The notes beneath the pieces are model-generated. The model searched no databases, was not told the DNA's origin, and saw nothing but the letters and a program-made list of their open reading frames with translations. Below are positions 40,948 through 55,303 of a DNA stretch of 64,000 bases, one piece after another. A program made the translations under genes and the position numbers. The stretch is from Paramecium tetraurelia (Eukaryota): contig CT868008.1 in the NCBI GenBank assembly GCA_000165425.1, positions 248,001-312,000 on the forward strand, written 5' to 3'. Each line of letters opens with the position of its first letter. The stretch's first letter is position 1.

Positions 40948-42128
40948 ATGACAGAATAATTGAACGGTTCTTTTGTTAAATAAGAAGAAGAGATTATCTA
41001 ATCAAAAAAAGAGGAAATCTTATAGTTCTTTGAGCAATAGGGCTATAAACCTAATTCTGTGTTTGATGATTAACTTTGGTTTTTACCTGAAATCAATAAG
41101 AGTTATGATCATATTTTGTGGAAAATCATTAATGATGCCATTGGTTATGATTATAATAAAGACGATCATGTAGAGTGATAATTTTACATAGTTCGCAACA
41201 GAAACAAAGATTGAGGCTTTTGTTCAGAGGTTATTGGATGAAGCTTAAATGATACATACTAAAGTAGTGGATTTAAAAAAAAATATTGATTCTTATAAAG
41301 ATGAAATAGAAAATTTTGACAAGTTTTTAAAGATAATTGAAGCTAGTACTCATAAATTAATTCTATGATAGATAAAACCGAATATAATTAAGAGAATGCA
41401 TTCGTAATATCTTATGTTGATGAAAATAATTAAATAAATGAGATTGCAAAAGTAAATTAAATTAAGATTATAAGTTCTACAGTATCAAATATAAGTTAGG
41501 CACAGCACTCTAGAATTACTAATTATTATACCCTGAAAACTCGAATCGCTCTACCTGCATTTCTAACGATCATTCAATAGAATCAATCTCTCTTATTGTG
41601 ATGGGAAGGAGATTAGAGAATAAAATCGGAGATGCCAGAACCTCAGGAGAAGATTATAAAGAATTAGCTCAAATCAAAATACCAATTTAAGATATATACT
41701 AATAAGTAAGGCCCAGACATTTTGCATTACCCACAATTCCCCAATGCTATTTGACAGTTAATTACTAAGATTAAAGTTTAGATGCATCATTTTGTGAAAA
41801 TGTAACAATTAATTTACGTTTTGATTTAAGATTGTCTTATTTGTATAGAATTCTAATTATTAAGGATCAGAAATAATATAGGACCTAACTTATAGAAGTA
41901 AACAATTATTCAATCATTTATTAGGCAAATGAAGACAAATTTTAATAGCAGTTAGGATTGATGTAGCAATTATTATCTCCATTTAAACAAGAACCTAAAT
42001 TGCATTATGTGCCAACCAAAGGCATAGGGTTATAATCGGATTTTAAGGATGATAATAGAGAAAACTTATAAGTTTTAGCAGAAATTAAACCTCCTAAAGA
42101 AAGAGAATCTTGTTGCCTTATCTGTTGA
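40948..42128 (+). CDS. Hypothetical protein with a C-terminal Cys-rich lipidation-like end (CCLIC)
   Basis: Spliceable frame from MTEQLNGSFVKQEEE to ...KERESCCLIC*, with tiny introns. Confidence 0.6.
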
Positions 42129-42340
42129 ATTTAAATTGCTATATTATTGAAATAATAATAATTTATTAATTCTCATTATCTGCCCTTATTAAACGATACA
42201 CTCTATTTGAAATCTTAAAGAATGTTATAAGTCAAAGGATAATTATAAAATAATCAAATTATCTAAAAATGTTAAAGAATATAAGTTAATACAAAATCAT
42301 AAATTAATAGAAGCTATACATATACAAATAAAGTTATCAT

Positions 42341-43081
42341 TCAATAATAATGAAGTTATAATAGTAGATCGTCATCATGGTTATTCATATGAGTATTCCA
42401 ACCTTCTAAGTTTTTGGGCCAAGCCATCCACTAATTTTATTTTGGCTTCTCGAAATTACCTTGACTAATACTCCTATGAGTTATTTATTATGATTATAAT
42501 TTTCGAATAAAATATGGCGAATTAGGCTCACTAGGTTATTTTGTAGATGCCAAACATTTTGGGGTGGCATTGCCTAAGTCATCTATGACCAAAGATTACT
42601 TGTCTTAGAATTTTAGATGAGGAATTTACAATATTTATTTTTCTTATGAATTAGATTACCTAGAAGACTTTTCTTGAACCTCAATAGGAATTTGGAAGAT
42701 TTTAAATTTCTTCCCTAAACGATTATCATTAGATCGAATAGATTTTATGTCGCTCTTTACATCAATAACATAGAATCCTTCTTTGATTTGCAATTTTTAT
42801 GTTTGAAATAACTACTTCGATTTTCCTTATTTTGAGTTCATTATTTCTTTTCTTAGTTAAATGATTTTCTTTTCGATAGACAATTTTCTATATCCATTCT
42901 ATTGTTGTTATTTTTATTAGGGTAATGATTATTTTGTAGGAGATAGAGTATAAGGCTTTAAGAGTGTAGGAACATATTCTCTTAAAGTAGGAATGTTAAA
43001 TTGATTTTTGGAATAGACCTTTTATTCTAAATGTATTAGATGCATTGGTTTAGTATTTCTTGAAGTTTTGGAAGAATTCAT
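42341..43081 (-). CDS. Hypothetical low-complexity protein (about 246 aa)
   Basis: ATG and TGA are in the same frame: MNSSKTSRNTKPMHLIHLEQKVYSK...LRSWNTHMNNHDDDLLLQLHYY*. Confidence 0.6.
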
Positions 43082-43475
43082 AATTATTATTAAATGAAAA
43101 TAATTTTTTTGAAAGTAAATAGAGCCTTTTGGGATGTAAGTAGTTAAAATAAGCTATAGTGTTATAAACATATGCCAATTAGCAAATATGACATTTTCTT
43201 CCTCTGATTTAATTAAAATTCTCTTTCTATCTTTTCGCATAAAATAATATATCTCTAAAACTTGAAGGTTGAACTTTTATTTTTAGTACAAAATTTTAAT
43301 TAAAATTTTTTGATGGTATTTTATTTTTATTTATCTCTCATTTTGTTAATTAGATTTATAAATAATCTCATAAAATGAAATAATTGAATATTATGATTAG
43401 GAATTAGATATATTTGTTTTTTATAACATATATTTATTCATTTTAATTAATTTTATATAAATATTTATTTATTTA

Positions 43476-44077
43476 ATGCTGTTATTAATATTCTTTTAGA
43501 TAGTGTTTGCCTAAATCCAAGAAATTGATTGTGACTTGATTAATAAATTACTAGAGAGAAGTAATATGTTTATATCAATTTCGATAGAATATGAAATAAA
43601 ATAGCCGATTATTTTATTATTTTATTTCAAGTATGGTGCTATATATTAATAAATCAAATCGCCTTGGTTGTAAATTAAGTTTTTAATTTAGATAATATTC
43701 TAAAAATTACACTTAATATGAATTCATGCAATTAGATATGAAAGAGTATTCTGAATAATGCATTGTTGGAATTTTTGAGCATAATTATCTTCCATATGGA
43801 ATCTACATAAATGATAAATTCGAATATCATGCTGAACTAATTCGTGAAAGCGGTCAACTTATTGAATACTTGGAATAAACAAAATAATTTGAATTCGCCC
43901 CATTGCCCAAATTTAACAAATATAGAAAATTGTAGAATATGCTAACAAATTACATTTTCGTAATATCACCTCTTAACTTAGATCCAAAGCATAAAGGCGA
44001 TAGGTGTTGTAGCATTAATAATTTTTGCAATTTGGTTCAGATTATAAATTTATAAGGATAAAGACAAGTCAGAATGA
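43476..44077 (+). CDS. Possible thioredoxin-fold membrane protein (signal peptide plus C-terminal TM)
   Basis: Signal-like MLLLIFFQIVFA, IIFILFQVW, EFMQLDM and a C-terminal AIGVVALIIFAIWF. Middle splicing unresolved. Confidence 0.4.
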
Positions 44078-44612
44078 TGAGATTTTGTTCATTATTTAAT
44101 CATGATCTTTTATTAATTTTTAATTTTAATAAAAATAATTATAGCATTTTTGGCATATTGAAGGTGTAAATTGTTTTATTCTTTAAAAATACAATCTTAT
44201 GATACTTGCTTCGATCTCTTCTTTATAAGATAACTCAGAAGAAAACATTTACTCATATAAATTATAATAGACATTTAAAATCATTTAATCTTATTTGAAA
44301 TCCCATTGACCTAAATGATGTAAAATTCTCTACAATTATTTATAATAATTTGAAAAGAATATTAGAAGAATAATATTATATTCACAAAATTCAAAATCAT
44401 TAATGACAATTATTTCCTAAATATTACTATCATCATTTTGAATAGTGATGATACAACTTTTAATGCCTCTTATAATTTTTTGTTTTTAATATATTCTACT
44501 TGATTTTAAATTCAAATAAATATATTAAGAGACTGATTTTACTTTATAATAGTTAGGATTTTTGAAGTCTAAAGATTTTCAGATTATAATTTTTTTTAAT
44601 TATAAATATTTT

Positions 44613-45573
44613 ATGAAAATTATTATTTTCTTAGCTCTCTTTATAGGAATAACTTATACGCTTAACTTAAATCCTGTCATAGGAATATTAACAATTCCTT
44701 CTGATGAAGATTATACAGAGTACCCAGCCTCAAAGTATTCATACTTCGCTGCTTCATACGTAAAGTATGTAGAATCATCTGGTGCAAGAGTTCTGCCTAT
44801 ACCTTACGAAGCAGATGAAGCAACTCTGGATAGATACTTTTCATAGATTAATGGGTTATTACTAACTGGAGGCACCTTAGCTTTAGAAACAGAGTCAGGG
44901 CCATCCAAGTATTTATAAACAGTGACATACTTATTAAATAAAGTTGTAAAAGCAAATTAGTAAGGTGACATTTTCCCATTGTTTGCGATATGTTTAGGAC
45001 ATTAAACCTTACATTTTATTCTATCTAATAAAGATTATGATATATTAAGTCCTACTTTTGGAATGATAAGAGTGAATAAGAAATTAACATTTACTGATAA
45101 AAGCAGTACAATGTTATTGGATTTAAAAGCACCAATTTTAAAATAAATCGAGATAGATAATTAAAGTATTTTTATTATTGATTATAGTTTATTTCAACAC
45201 TAATTGGGGAGTGAATCCTTCTTATTATTAAACTCATTCAGAATTGGACAATTTCTTTAAATCTGTAGCTTTGTTCTCAGATGCAAAAGGGACAGTTTAT
45301 ATTGCTGCATCAGAAGGCAGAAAATATCCAATTTTTTCAATAGCTTTTCATCCTGAAAAACCAATTTTTGAATTCAAGACTCTCTCTTAACACTAATTTG
45401 AATCTGTATAATTTGGAAGAAATTTAATCAATCAATTTACTTAAATTGCTAGAGAGAACAATCATAGTTTGAAAGACTCAAATTCAGTCATATTTAAATA
45501 TAATCCTATTTAATTAGAGAGTGCTTCATTCGCTTAAATTTATTTCTTTAAATTGGGTGAGCTGAATATTTGA
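44613..45573 (+). CDS. GGH: Gamma-glutamyl hydrolase (peptidase C26)
   Basis: Signal peptide, NPVIGILT, SYFAASYVKYVESSGARVLPI, INGLLLTGG, catalytic ICLGHQ and FHPEK. Confidence 0.9.
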
Positions 45574-45583
45574 ATGAATAATT

Positions 45584-48163
45584 ATGCATAAATAAAATAT
45601 GTTGATATTTTAATAACTCTCGATAATTATTCTTTTGATGGTGAACTTTCCATTAAACAATATCATCAAATCTTAATTATTTTCATAATTATAATTATAT
45701 ATAAATTGAATTAGACATTATTAACTAAGGAAATTATGTAAACCACTCAAGGCACTCTCATTATCTCCACCGTCTCATCAAGTGTTGACATATTTAGATA
45801 AAAAATAAAGACCATATGAATTATTATATTTGTCTTTCCCTCATTCCAGATCTTAGTTTGATGATGCTAGATCGAGGGGCAATTTCTCATCATATTATGA
45901 ATAAGTAAGTGAATAAACATAAATTTCAAATCAATTTAAATCTAATAAATGTAATCTTAGATGAGAAAAGTGAAAAACATAAAGAAAAAATTGATGAATT
46001 TTAGAATATTTTAACCTTCATAATCAAAGAAAAATAAAAATATCAACTCAAATTACCAGATCATTCTTAATAATAAAATAAAATATCCAAGATAAATAAT
46101 AATTAAAAAGTCAAATTTAATAACTTGATTTGACCTAAATAAAGAGTATGAAAAATCTAAACAAAAATAAAATTCAAATATTTAATAAAGAGATCAACAA
46201 TTAGAAGAAAAAGATAAATAAATCTCAGAATTAATTAATAATTCAAACAAATTAGTATAACAAATTAAAGAAACATAAAAAATTTATCACATTAATTTTA
46301 ACTTGATATTGATAAATTAAAAGGTATTCTAAACCTTAATTAGATTAAATTGTATAATTGGAAAAAACATTAAAAAAAAAAACTAATAAAGAATGGTACA
46401 TACTAACTCTGAAAAAGAGATAATTATTCTTTCATATTAAAGAATCAGACCAAAAAGATATGGAAGTTTGATGAAATAAAATGAAAAATATTTGATATAA
46501 ATGTAATTGATTGTATGGAAAGAGATGTTAAATAAAAATCAAATACCATAATTGATTTATAAAATAAATTATTCGAAGCAAAAAAATTGTCCTCTCCAAA
46601 AATGAAGAATTAATAAGTTTTATCCCTAAATTAAGAAAAAATGCTAGAACGATAAAAAAAAGAAGATGTTGCTCTCTAGTTTTATAAGATGTAGCAACTA
46701 TAAGTTTTATATTTAAACTAAATGCTCGAGATCTCTGAATTGAAGAAAATCATATCAGAATTTTTAAGAAAAAGAAATATTAGAGTAAAAAATAAATGAA
46801 GAATTAAATACTTAACTTTAGAATGCACTTGCTGAAAAAGAGAAATTTAATAATTAAGTAAATAGAATCCTCAATGAAAAATAGTCTATTGAAGTTAAAT
46901 TAGAAGATGATACTTAAACCAGATATAGGAAGTCGAATTAGATAAATAAGAGATTGCTTCACCAAATTAAGGAAAATAAATCATTTAACAAAATTAGATA
47001 ATGTTTTAGATATTAAATAATAGCTATAAGATGAATAAAATTAAAAAAGTAATCAATTTAATTAAAATTAATTTGAAATTTCAAAAGTAAGTGAAGAAAA
47101 ATTTAAAGTTACTTCTAACTTAGATTAAATAAAAAAAGTAAAAATAAAATAGTTAGATAGAAGTTATCAATAATGTTTAAACTGAGCTAAAGGGATATGC
47201 AAATTTAAAAGTATATCATTAATGTAAAAGAAAAGTCTCAGAAATACCCAAATTAATCAAACTTAGGTAAGGAATTTATTGTTGAAGAATAAGGGGCATA
47301 AATAATTAACTTTGATGAAAATAAATCTCATATATCTGACAATTTTGATAGAAAACAGTTGGTATCGGTTCTAGAAGCAGTAAGTGACGATGCAAGTGAA
47401 AATTTAGAAAAATTATGTTTAATAAGAAGGAAAAATGAGTGAGCTTTAAGATAAAATAGTATAATTATAGGAGGAGAATGATAAATTATAGAGATACTAA
47501 TTGAAGAGCCAAGATGATTTTCTATAGATTACTCTTTTGAAGGAATCAGCACTGATTATATAATTAAGATAAGAAATAGAAATTTAAAAGCTTATAAGGA
47601 ATAAAGTAAGGAAAAAAGTGAGTTACAATTAGAAATAATTAAATTAAAGGATCAATTGAATAAGAAGAACAAAGAAATATAAAATTAAAGAAAGGAATGT
47701 TCAAATTATGTTGAGATAAGAAAAGTTTGAGAATACTAAATTAAAGTCTTGTTTGAAATCCTGTGTTGACGATGAATAAAGATTTGAAGTATTAATTAGA
47801 TTTTAATTTTAGGAATAAAATTAAAGAATTAAGGAGGAGAACACATCTTTAAGAAATAGGATATGTGAACATTAGGAGGAGATCAAATAGTTGAATGAAA
47901 AGATTTAGAATTGTTAGGATGGAGCCTTGGCCTCACAATTAATTTCCTTATTAATTAAGTTTTTCGAATCTTTACAAAAAGAGTTTAAATTATAATATTA
48001 TTCATAGGAATAAGTAAGAAATACAAGTGTATTATCAAAGCTTAGTGAGTCTTTGTAGTATTGAATATAATGAATTAGTTATAAACAAGTTGTTTCAGAG
48101 TGCAGAAAAGAAAAGTCAAGGGGTTTTCGGAATATTTAGAAGAGATAAGACTAAAGAAAAGTG
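45584..48163 (+). pseudogene. Large coiled-coil gene with multiple frameshifts and TGAs
   Basis: Extensive K/E/Q heptad frames (MSELQDKIVQLQEENDKLQRYQ..., LEIIKLKDQLNKKNKEI) that switch frame without GT-AG introns and contain TGAs. Confidence 0.45.
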
Positions 48164-48206
48164 ATATTTACTCTATTAATACTTAAAATAATTAATTGAA
48201 TTGTAA

Positions 48207-49073
48207 ATGAGTGTCTAAAGACCATTAACCTCCACAACTAGAGATTTGTCAACCAGCGTTTTTGGATAAAGTTATATAGAATGGGTCTCTCTAAATAAAG
48301 ACTTAGATTGGAATTAAGAAAAGTAGATGAGATAAGTAAATGAGATAATTATTGAAGGTAAATTTAATTTCCAACTTACTTTAGAAAATGAATCTCCCAT
48401 TTAAGAGAAACAAATATAAAATCCAATTTAGTAATATTAGATGATAACTTATGCTGAAATGATTTAAAGTTTTAGATTAAACGAAGGATAATATTCAGTT
48501 CGAAATAAATCTAAATGCTCATGCTATGGATTTTCATCGAGTATATCAAAAATTGAATAAGTTAAATAAAAGTTCATTCAAATGGGAAAGATTTAGATAG
48601 ATCTGAAAAATGAAATTCACAGGAATACAGTTTTTTCAATACATTGCATATTGAATAATACAGACAGAGCTAAAGAAAATTAGTTTAAGATGATCACAAA
48701 ATACGCTTCAAAATACTTTTAGTTAATACAATTTCTTTCTTGTTTAGAATTTGAAACACCACTATTTTAATTACTATATAAAGAATCAGGAGAATTATTA
48801 ATATAATTGGTAATGAATGTAGGGGAGATGGTTTTAGTATAGTTATTGAATAATAAACTAAACAAATTAATCTAAAAAGAGTCATCTCATTTACTAAACA
48901 ATATACTACGAAATTATCAGACTGGTCTCATTTTCCACATGTACAAAGAAATAAAAAAATCAAATACTCCCCTCTAACTATTACTAGAACAATATGAAAA
49001 AACTGATCCTCATCTTTATTAATCCTGGTATATCCAATAGAAACAATATAACAATAATCTATTCTTAGATTGA
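48207..49073 (+). CDS. Hypothetical protein (288 aa), possibly ELMO/CED-12-domain-like
   Basis: ATG and TGA in the same frame, MSVQRPLTSTTRDL...IQIDLKNEIHRNTVFSIH. The domain call is a weak resemblance only. Confidence 0.6.
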
Positions 49074-49100
49074 TTTTTATATATATTTAATTAGTTATTA

Positions 49101-50100
49101 TCATTATATTAACAAAGCAATAATAAACATTGAGATTAGTGACACATAGCTATTTAAACATTCTCCAGCATAGTATCCTTCAATTTCATTATTCTGACAA
49201 GCACTGCAAGGATTATCGTAAGTTCTTTCGCATCCATTACCTTTGCAAGACTTCAAGACACCGCAAGTTTGAACATATTGTTGATCACACTCGGAAGGTC
49301 TTTGAACCTAACAATATTGGTAATTGGCCACAAAAGTATCTGATTGTTGTTCAGCACTATAAAACAGTTCTTAGTATTGGTTGCAATCACCAACAAAATA
49401 AGATGTAATATTGGTTTATTGGCATGGTTCACATTTGTTATCGAATGGTTACAAACAAGGCGGGTTTTAACATACAGCAGTTTCATCTAAAAAGCCACAA
49501 ACAGTAACTTGTTCCTTCAATTCGCAGTTCTTTGAAGTCTCAGTGCTACATTAAATTACTGTAGGAGTCTAAGGCCTTTAATTATTAATTTATTAATATA
49601 CTTATAATCAGAGCAATTTCCAAAGAAGTAACTATGAATTGAAGTATTTCTACAAGCCAAGCATTCATTGCTGAATTGCTGTAAACAATTTTATCCAGTA
49701 CATTTAATAGTAGAATCAAAGAGTCCACATATAGATTTTACACTACATAGGTTCTAAATGATATTTACCTCGTATCGCATACACTGGGTCTAGGATTTGT
49801 ACAAGATATGGTCTAAGTATAATTTCCAGAAGTAGGTTTAGGATTATTGTTATCCACTCCGACAGAGGTCTGTGGAATATCTATTTTAATGTCATCACCC
49901 TTTTTTTAACAATCCCCTTTTAGATATTTCACCACCTAACTTGCTTTACAAGCATAACAATAATTAACAAAAGTTTGGATGGATGTATTAGAAATATTTA
50001 AACCACAAACTGGATCATAGTTATCTGAACATTCTCCTTATTAAATTTGGCAATCTTATATCTATGAATGCACTAGTGAAAGCATCAGCATAAAGAGCAT
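49101..50100 (-). CDS. Secreted, probably GPI-type protein with tandem Kazal-like domains
   Basis: Signal peptide, CSDNYDPVCG...TFVNYCYAC...GDC, further PICG/TVCG/QYLCG units with N-x-C-x-A-C...G-x-C, hydrophobic C-terminus. Confidence 0.75.
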
Positions 50101-50633
50101 CGATTAGATTTTGTAAAATACAATAATTATTACTAAAAATAGTGAAAAAATAATCACATAAAAATATTGATTTAATTGCGATTTTATAAAATAATAAATA
50201 TTTTTTGATATTCATCAAAGTGGTTTTTAAGTATCAAATCAAATTTTTATGAAAAGTTTAAGTCTTATAATACTTCCAAATTCTCATCTTTTTCTGAAAT
50301 TCAATAATTATCTCCCTGTTCTTAATTGATTTATAAAAATGATGCTAAATTGTTATTGATAATCAAGCTCTTATTACATGAAATATTATTTAAATTTATA
50401 GTCTGTGTCAATAATGTTAATTTATCTAATGAATTTGCAAATACTAGAAAAACGAGTCTCTTAAATTTAAGCAAAAATTGATTAAGCATATATTAGAGAT
50501 TAAGTTGAATTAGACTTTTAATATTAAGGGAATTGGGAAATTTTTTACTGATTATGAGATGGTTGATATTAATCAATCCTATTAATATAATAAATTTTTT
50601 TCTTATTATTAATTCAATAGTGAGTTAATAATA

Positions 50634-53600
50634 ATGTTAAGGTTTTAGAAATTAGGGGAAGATGAATAAGCACGTTTGGATCAGGAAAGCCTTAAATAAA
50701 AAAAGGAATTGTTAAAATAAGAATTTGAACACTAGGAAGAAATAAGAAAATATGACAACCTCTCAATTGTTTCATCCAATGACTTCAAGTTTAAGGCAGA
50801 ATTAGATAAACTGCAAAGCTTCAACAAAAAAAAACAATAAGAATTGGAACTTCTGTTAAAAGCAGGATAAAATAAAAGAAAATCTAAAACAGGAACTTCT
50901 TAGATGCATGCATCCACCAGTGGCTACGGGGTTATTCATTCTATAAATAATCATCATTCTGATCCTTTGTTTGAAACTTTTAGTGGGAATGTGAATCTTA
51001 AGTTATTAGATTTGGAATAGAGAGATTAATATATAGAATCATTGCTGTTGTAAGAGTCTCGTTATGAAAATTTGATATTGGAGGAGTAGGAGAAGAGTGA
51101 GTCATTGTAGAAGATCCTAGTTGAAATTGAAAAATCTAAACTAATTTAACAACAAAAATGTGAAGAATTACAAATTATACTAAGCAAAGCAGGTAAAAGG
51201 TTTAATAATACTGATGCTGTAAGATTGATGGCCGAAAACAAAAGGTTTTTAAGTAAGAAGAACCTATAATCTATAAAAAATGAGTTTGGTTAAATGAAGC
51301 AAATGTAAGACACATACAAACATTCATAGGAAAATAAATAATTATAATTGTAAAAAATACTATATGTTGGTGAAGAAAACATAGGACATAATGTTTTAAA
51401 AATGGAGGAAGCAGAACGATTTATAGATGCATAAAATAAAGAGTTTGAGATTTTAGAAGAGAAGAAATAAAATTAATTGAAAAAGAAATAGGAAAGCAGA
51501 TATATTCTTACTTATATTGAATTTTTTGAGATTTTTGAATAAATATTCATGAACAAAGAAAAGCCAAATGAAATTAGATTGGTTGATCAATATACAGTGA
51601 ATGAGGAATTTTTATAAAAATGGAATCATAATTAATAAAATGATAATTTATAATAAGAGCAAGAGATGAACTTTGATAGAAATGAATTGCTATCTCAAAT
51701 CAATAAATTCTATTAAGACAATGAATAGAGAACTGAATACATCCTTGAGTTTATGTTAGAGGAGTATTGGCATCTTTAATAAGAATTAACTAAATAGAGT
51801 ATTTCTTATGAAAATTTCTTGAAGCAAAAGGAACTTCTTTTAGATGAAATTGAGAATCTAGATTATGAGTTAGAAGAATTAAAATAGAAGAATCCAAATC
51901 TAGAAATTCATGAGTAATCAATTGTGGCTGAAGATGCTGGCTTGATGAATTTAAAAAATGAAACTACAACTCTAAATATTAAGAAAATGGAAATAGAGGA
52001 ACATCCTGAACAAGTAGTTTGGATAAAGGCTACTAAAACATAAGGATTGTTAATGAATTTTTAACTTGGATTAGCTGAATACTTACATAGAATTTATTAA
52101 ATTATTTAAGCTATAGATTAGAAAAATAAAGAAAATAAGAAATTTAAGTATCCAAGCTTAAATAATGAAATAAATGGTATCAATTTATTGATATCAAAAA
52201 TATATAACATAAGCAAAAGTCAGTATTAAAATAATGAGTTGACTCAATAACATTTAAACTAATTTGGAATTCATAATATTGTAATTGAAGTGTTTCCTAA
52301 ATTCAAAGAATAAGAATAACATCAAATTAGTTAGTATCTCTACATTTAAAGCAAAACAGATTAAATCTTATGGTTTAATTTGAGTGTTGAAAATTTAACC
52401 AACTTTTTAAGATCTTAAGAGAATTCAACATTATAAAAATTACTAAGTCCAGATATCATTAATGAATTTAGAGATCAATTAATCGAAATATTTAAATACA
52501 ATTTTCATAAATTATTTGAATATTATCAAACAATGTATAAGAAGATTAGAGATATCAGTTCAGATTTATTGTAATTTTTAAAAGAAATTAATCCAAAGTT
52601 TGATATTAAAAAATTAACAAAACTACTATTGAGGGAAGGTCAAGATATTTAATCAGCCAAAGATTTAATTATAAGAAGAATGATGGAATATAAAACTGGA
52701 GAAATAATACCATTAAATAGTAAAAATGATTTAAATAAAATATAAAATCTAAGACCAAAAACAGAAGAGGAATAAATCTAGAGTGTATCTTAGCAACAGT
52801 AATAATAATCTGATTAGTCAGATCCCTCTCTATTATTTCCAAAAAAAGAAAGGTTGGACGAAGATAAATTATCTTAAATTTAAACATTCTTTCGGGCTAA
52901 AATAAGAGAGAAAAATGAGTAATTAAGAGATCAAAAACATAATGATACTATTTCTACTAAAGATAGACCAGGTAGCAATATAGAATAATTAAATTCTGAA
53001 AGCATCTCCATGATTAAAGGTGAAAATAAGATGAATAGAGCAAAATCAAAGAAATTGGTGGAGAGTAAGACAGCTCGCAATTTAAAAGATGACTTAGAGT
53101 AAGAAAGGAGTTTATTAAAGGCATAAATAGCTGCTGATTTATTAAGACTGAAAGAGGAATAAGAAAGAAAAGATAAACCTTTAATGAAAGAATAATAAAA
53201 TGAAATTAAAGTGCAGATTAAGCAAGCGACTGAGAGATTATATGGAGAAAGACAATATACAGTTTAGATAATGAGAAATATGGCATAAACTACTGGGATT
53301 CTAAGTGACATCAATTAATTAGAGCATTTCACCTCAAAAATAGAGTCTCCTTAATTAGTTGGCCAATTTGTTATTTAAAGAAAGAATTTACATAGGAATC
53401 TAAATAAAGAGTTAGGTTTACCAACTTTATCATATTTGAAACCTACTAGTGCCTACTATTCAAGGAGAAATCAATCTTCTGAATAGATTAAGGCTATGGA
53501 TTACAAAAGATATAATGAAATAGAAAATGGAGTTAGTTCAAGACCTTATACTTAATATTAATCAAGTCGTAAGCCTTAAACTACTTCAAATAACAATAGT

Positions 53601-53762
53601 TCTAGAAAAAGAACCAATTAAAATTAGGATGAATTAAAAAATAAATATTCAGGAAGAACCAGAGTGACAAACAATAATGACTCCATGAATAAATTTCCTG
53701 TAGCATGTGAGATATTTTAATATGAATAACCCAAATCACTATTAGTGCCAATAGCATCATGA
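50634..53762 (+). CDS. Large (about 1040 aa) coiled-coil hypothetical protein
   Basis: ATG and TGA in the same frame over 3129 nt, E/K/Q/L-rich heptads. The start could extend further upstream. Confidence 0.7.
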
Positions 53763-53789
53763 ATTATGTTATATTTTAATTTATTATTA

Positions 53790-55269
53790 ATGTATTCTTT
53801 AATAATTAGAAAAAATAATGATAAATTTGAATAAATTATAACTTCTGAGTTGTGTGATAATCATATTGATCTAGGTTTACAGGTATAAAGAAAAATACTT
53901 TTGGAATATAATAAAAGCATATTTTAACATTCTCACCGTTTAAGTTTACATATTAACCATATATAATGAAATTCAATAAATATAATAATACTTGGGATAT
54001 GGCAAGAATATCAATTATACAATGGTATAAATGCTAAAAAGACTTCAAATAACCCTTTACATATAGTCATTGTCAATTTACATAGGAATACTATTTATTA
54101 TTATATTCTTGAAAAATTTGCATCAAAATAACAGAAGACTTAGTTATAAAATTTTGATCCTAATCTAGTCACTTCTATAAACAATATTATTTTAGTTTAT
54201 TTTTATTATATGTGCTTTATACATAAAATACTTGGATAGAAGTCAGCAATTTAAAGATTGTTTAGAAATAGTTTATATCAGAGCTCTATTTTTATTTTCA
54301 GCTATAAGTTCGATGCCACCAATTATGCAAGTTCTACTAGAACAGCCATTAAATAATTTTAAGTCATCTATAAAAATGATTAAGCGGCCATTTATAAAGG
54401 ATATAAAATTTAAGTCAGTTTTATAGATGAAATAAATCTAAACAGATGAAGAGTTAGCAAAATTAAATAATACAGAATCGGATTCAATGTTAATTTTTGA
54501 GGATATAGAAGATAACAGCGACGTTAATATCTCAGACTTATGCAAGCATTATGTCATAATTTGTATTCAATCTATATGGAATTTGATGTAGTTATTTGGA
54601 AGATCCTTAAGTTTAATCTATAACACAATACAATTAATTATGGCATTTGTTTTAATATTTGGATTTATTTGTATTTTTATTTAGTACATTGATCCAAATA
54701 GCAATTTATTGAGCTAATTGAATGCCATCGATTTTTTTTCGAATTAATTGGATCAAAGTAGTTAAGAGAGTAAAATGTAATAGATTCAATTCAAAATGGT
54801 TGAAGTAATCACTATTGCAATATTTAAATTTATATTTATTATCATTATGTATTTTGGTACAAATAACCGAATTTAGTACTCAAAAAGTATAATATTTATT
54901 TATATTGTAGACAGGGAATTAATTGACAACGTTACAAACTTGACAGTGATAATAAGGAAAAATTTGCTGAATTTTACACTAATTGGCCTTTTAACTACAC
55001 TGTATCCTAATTTAACATTTACTATCAATAATTCAAATTGTTATAAGGAAATTTCGTTTAGGGCTGGTTTCTTTATAAAAATGGGACAAGTGATATCAAT
55101 GAATGAGTAATAGAGTTGCCCTATAACTTTAACTTATTTAATTTCATTATAGATTTTTGAGAGTCCAATTACAACAACAATTGGATTATTAATTTTAATA
55201 TTTTACCTTTTTGCAGCAATTTATATATTGTGTTTAAAACGAAAAAACAAGAATTTAAACGAGATTTGA
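53790..55269 (+). CDS. Multi-pass membrane hypothetical protein
   Basis: Several hydrophobic segments (LSIYIGILFIIIFL, QFIFIICALYI, LIMAFVLIFGFICIFI, IGLLILIFYLFAAIYILCL). Start approximate. Confidence 0.5.
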
Positions 55270-55303
55270 TATTTATTATAATTAATTAATTATTTTTTTA
55301 CAT

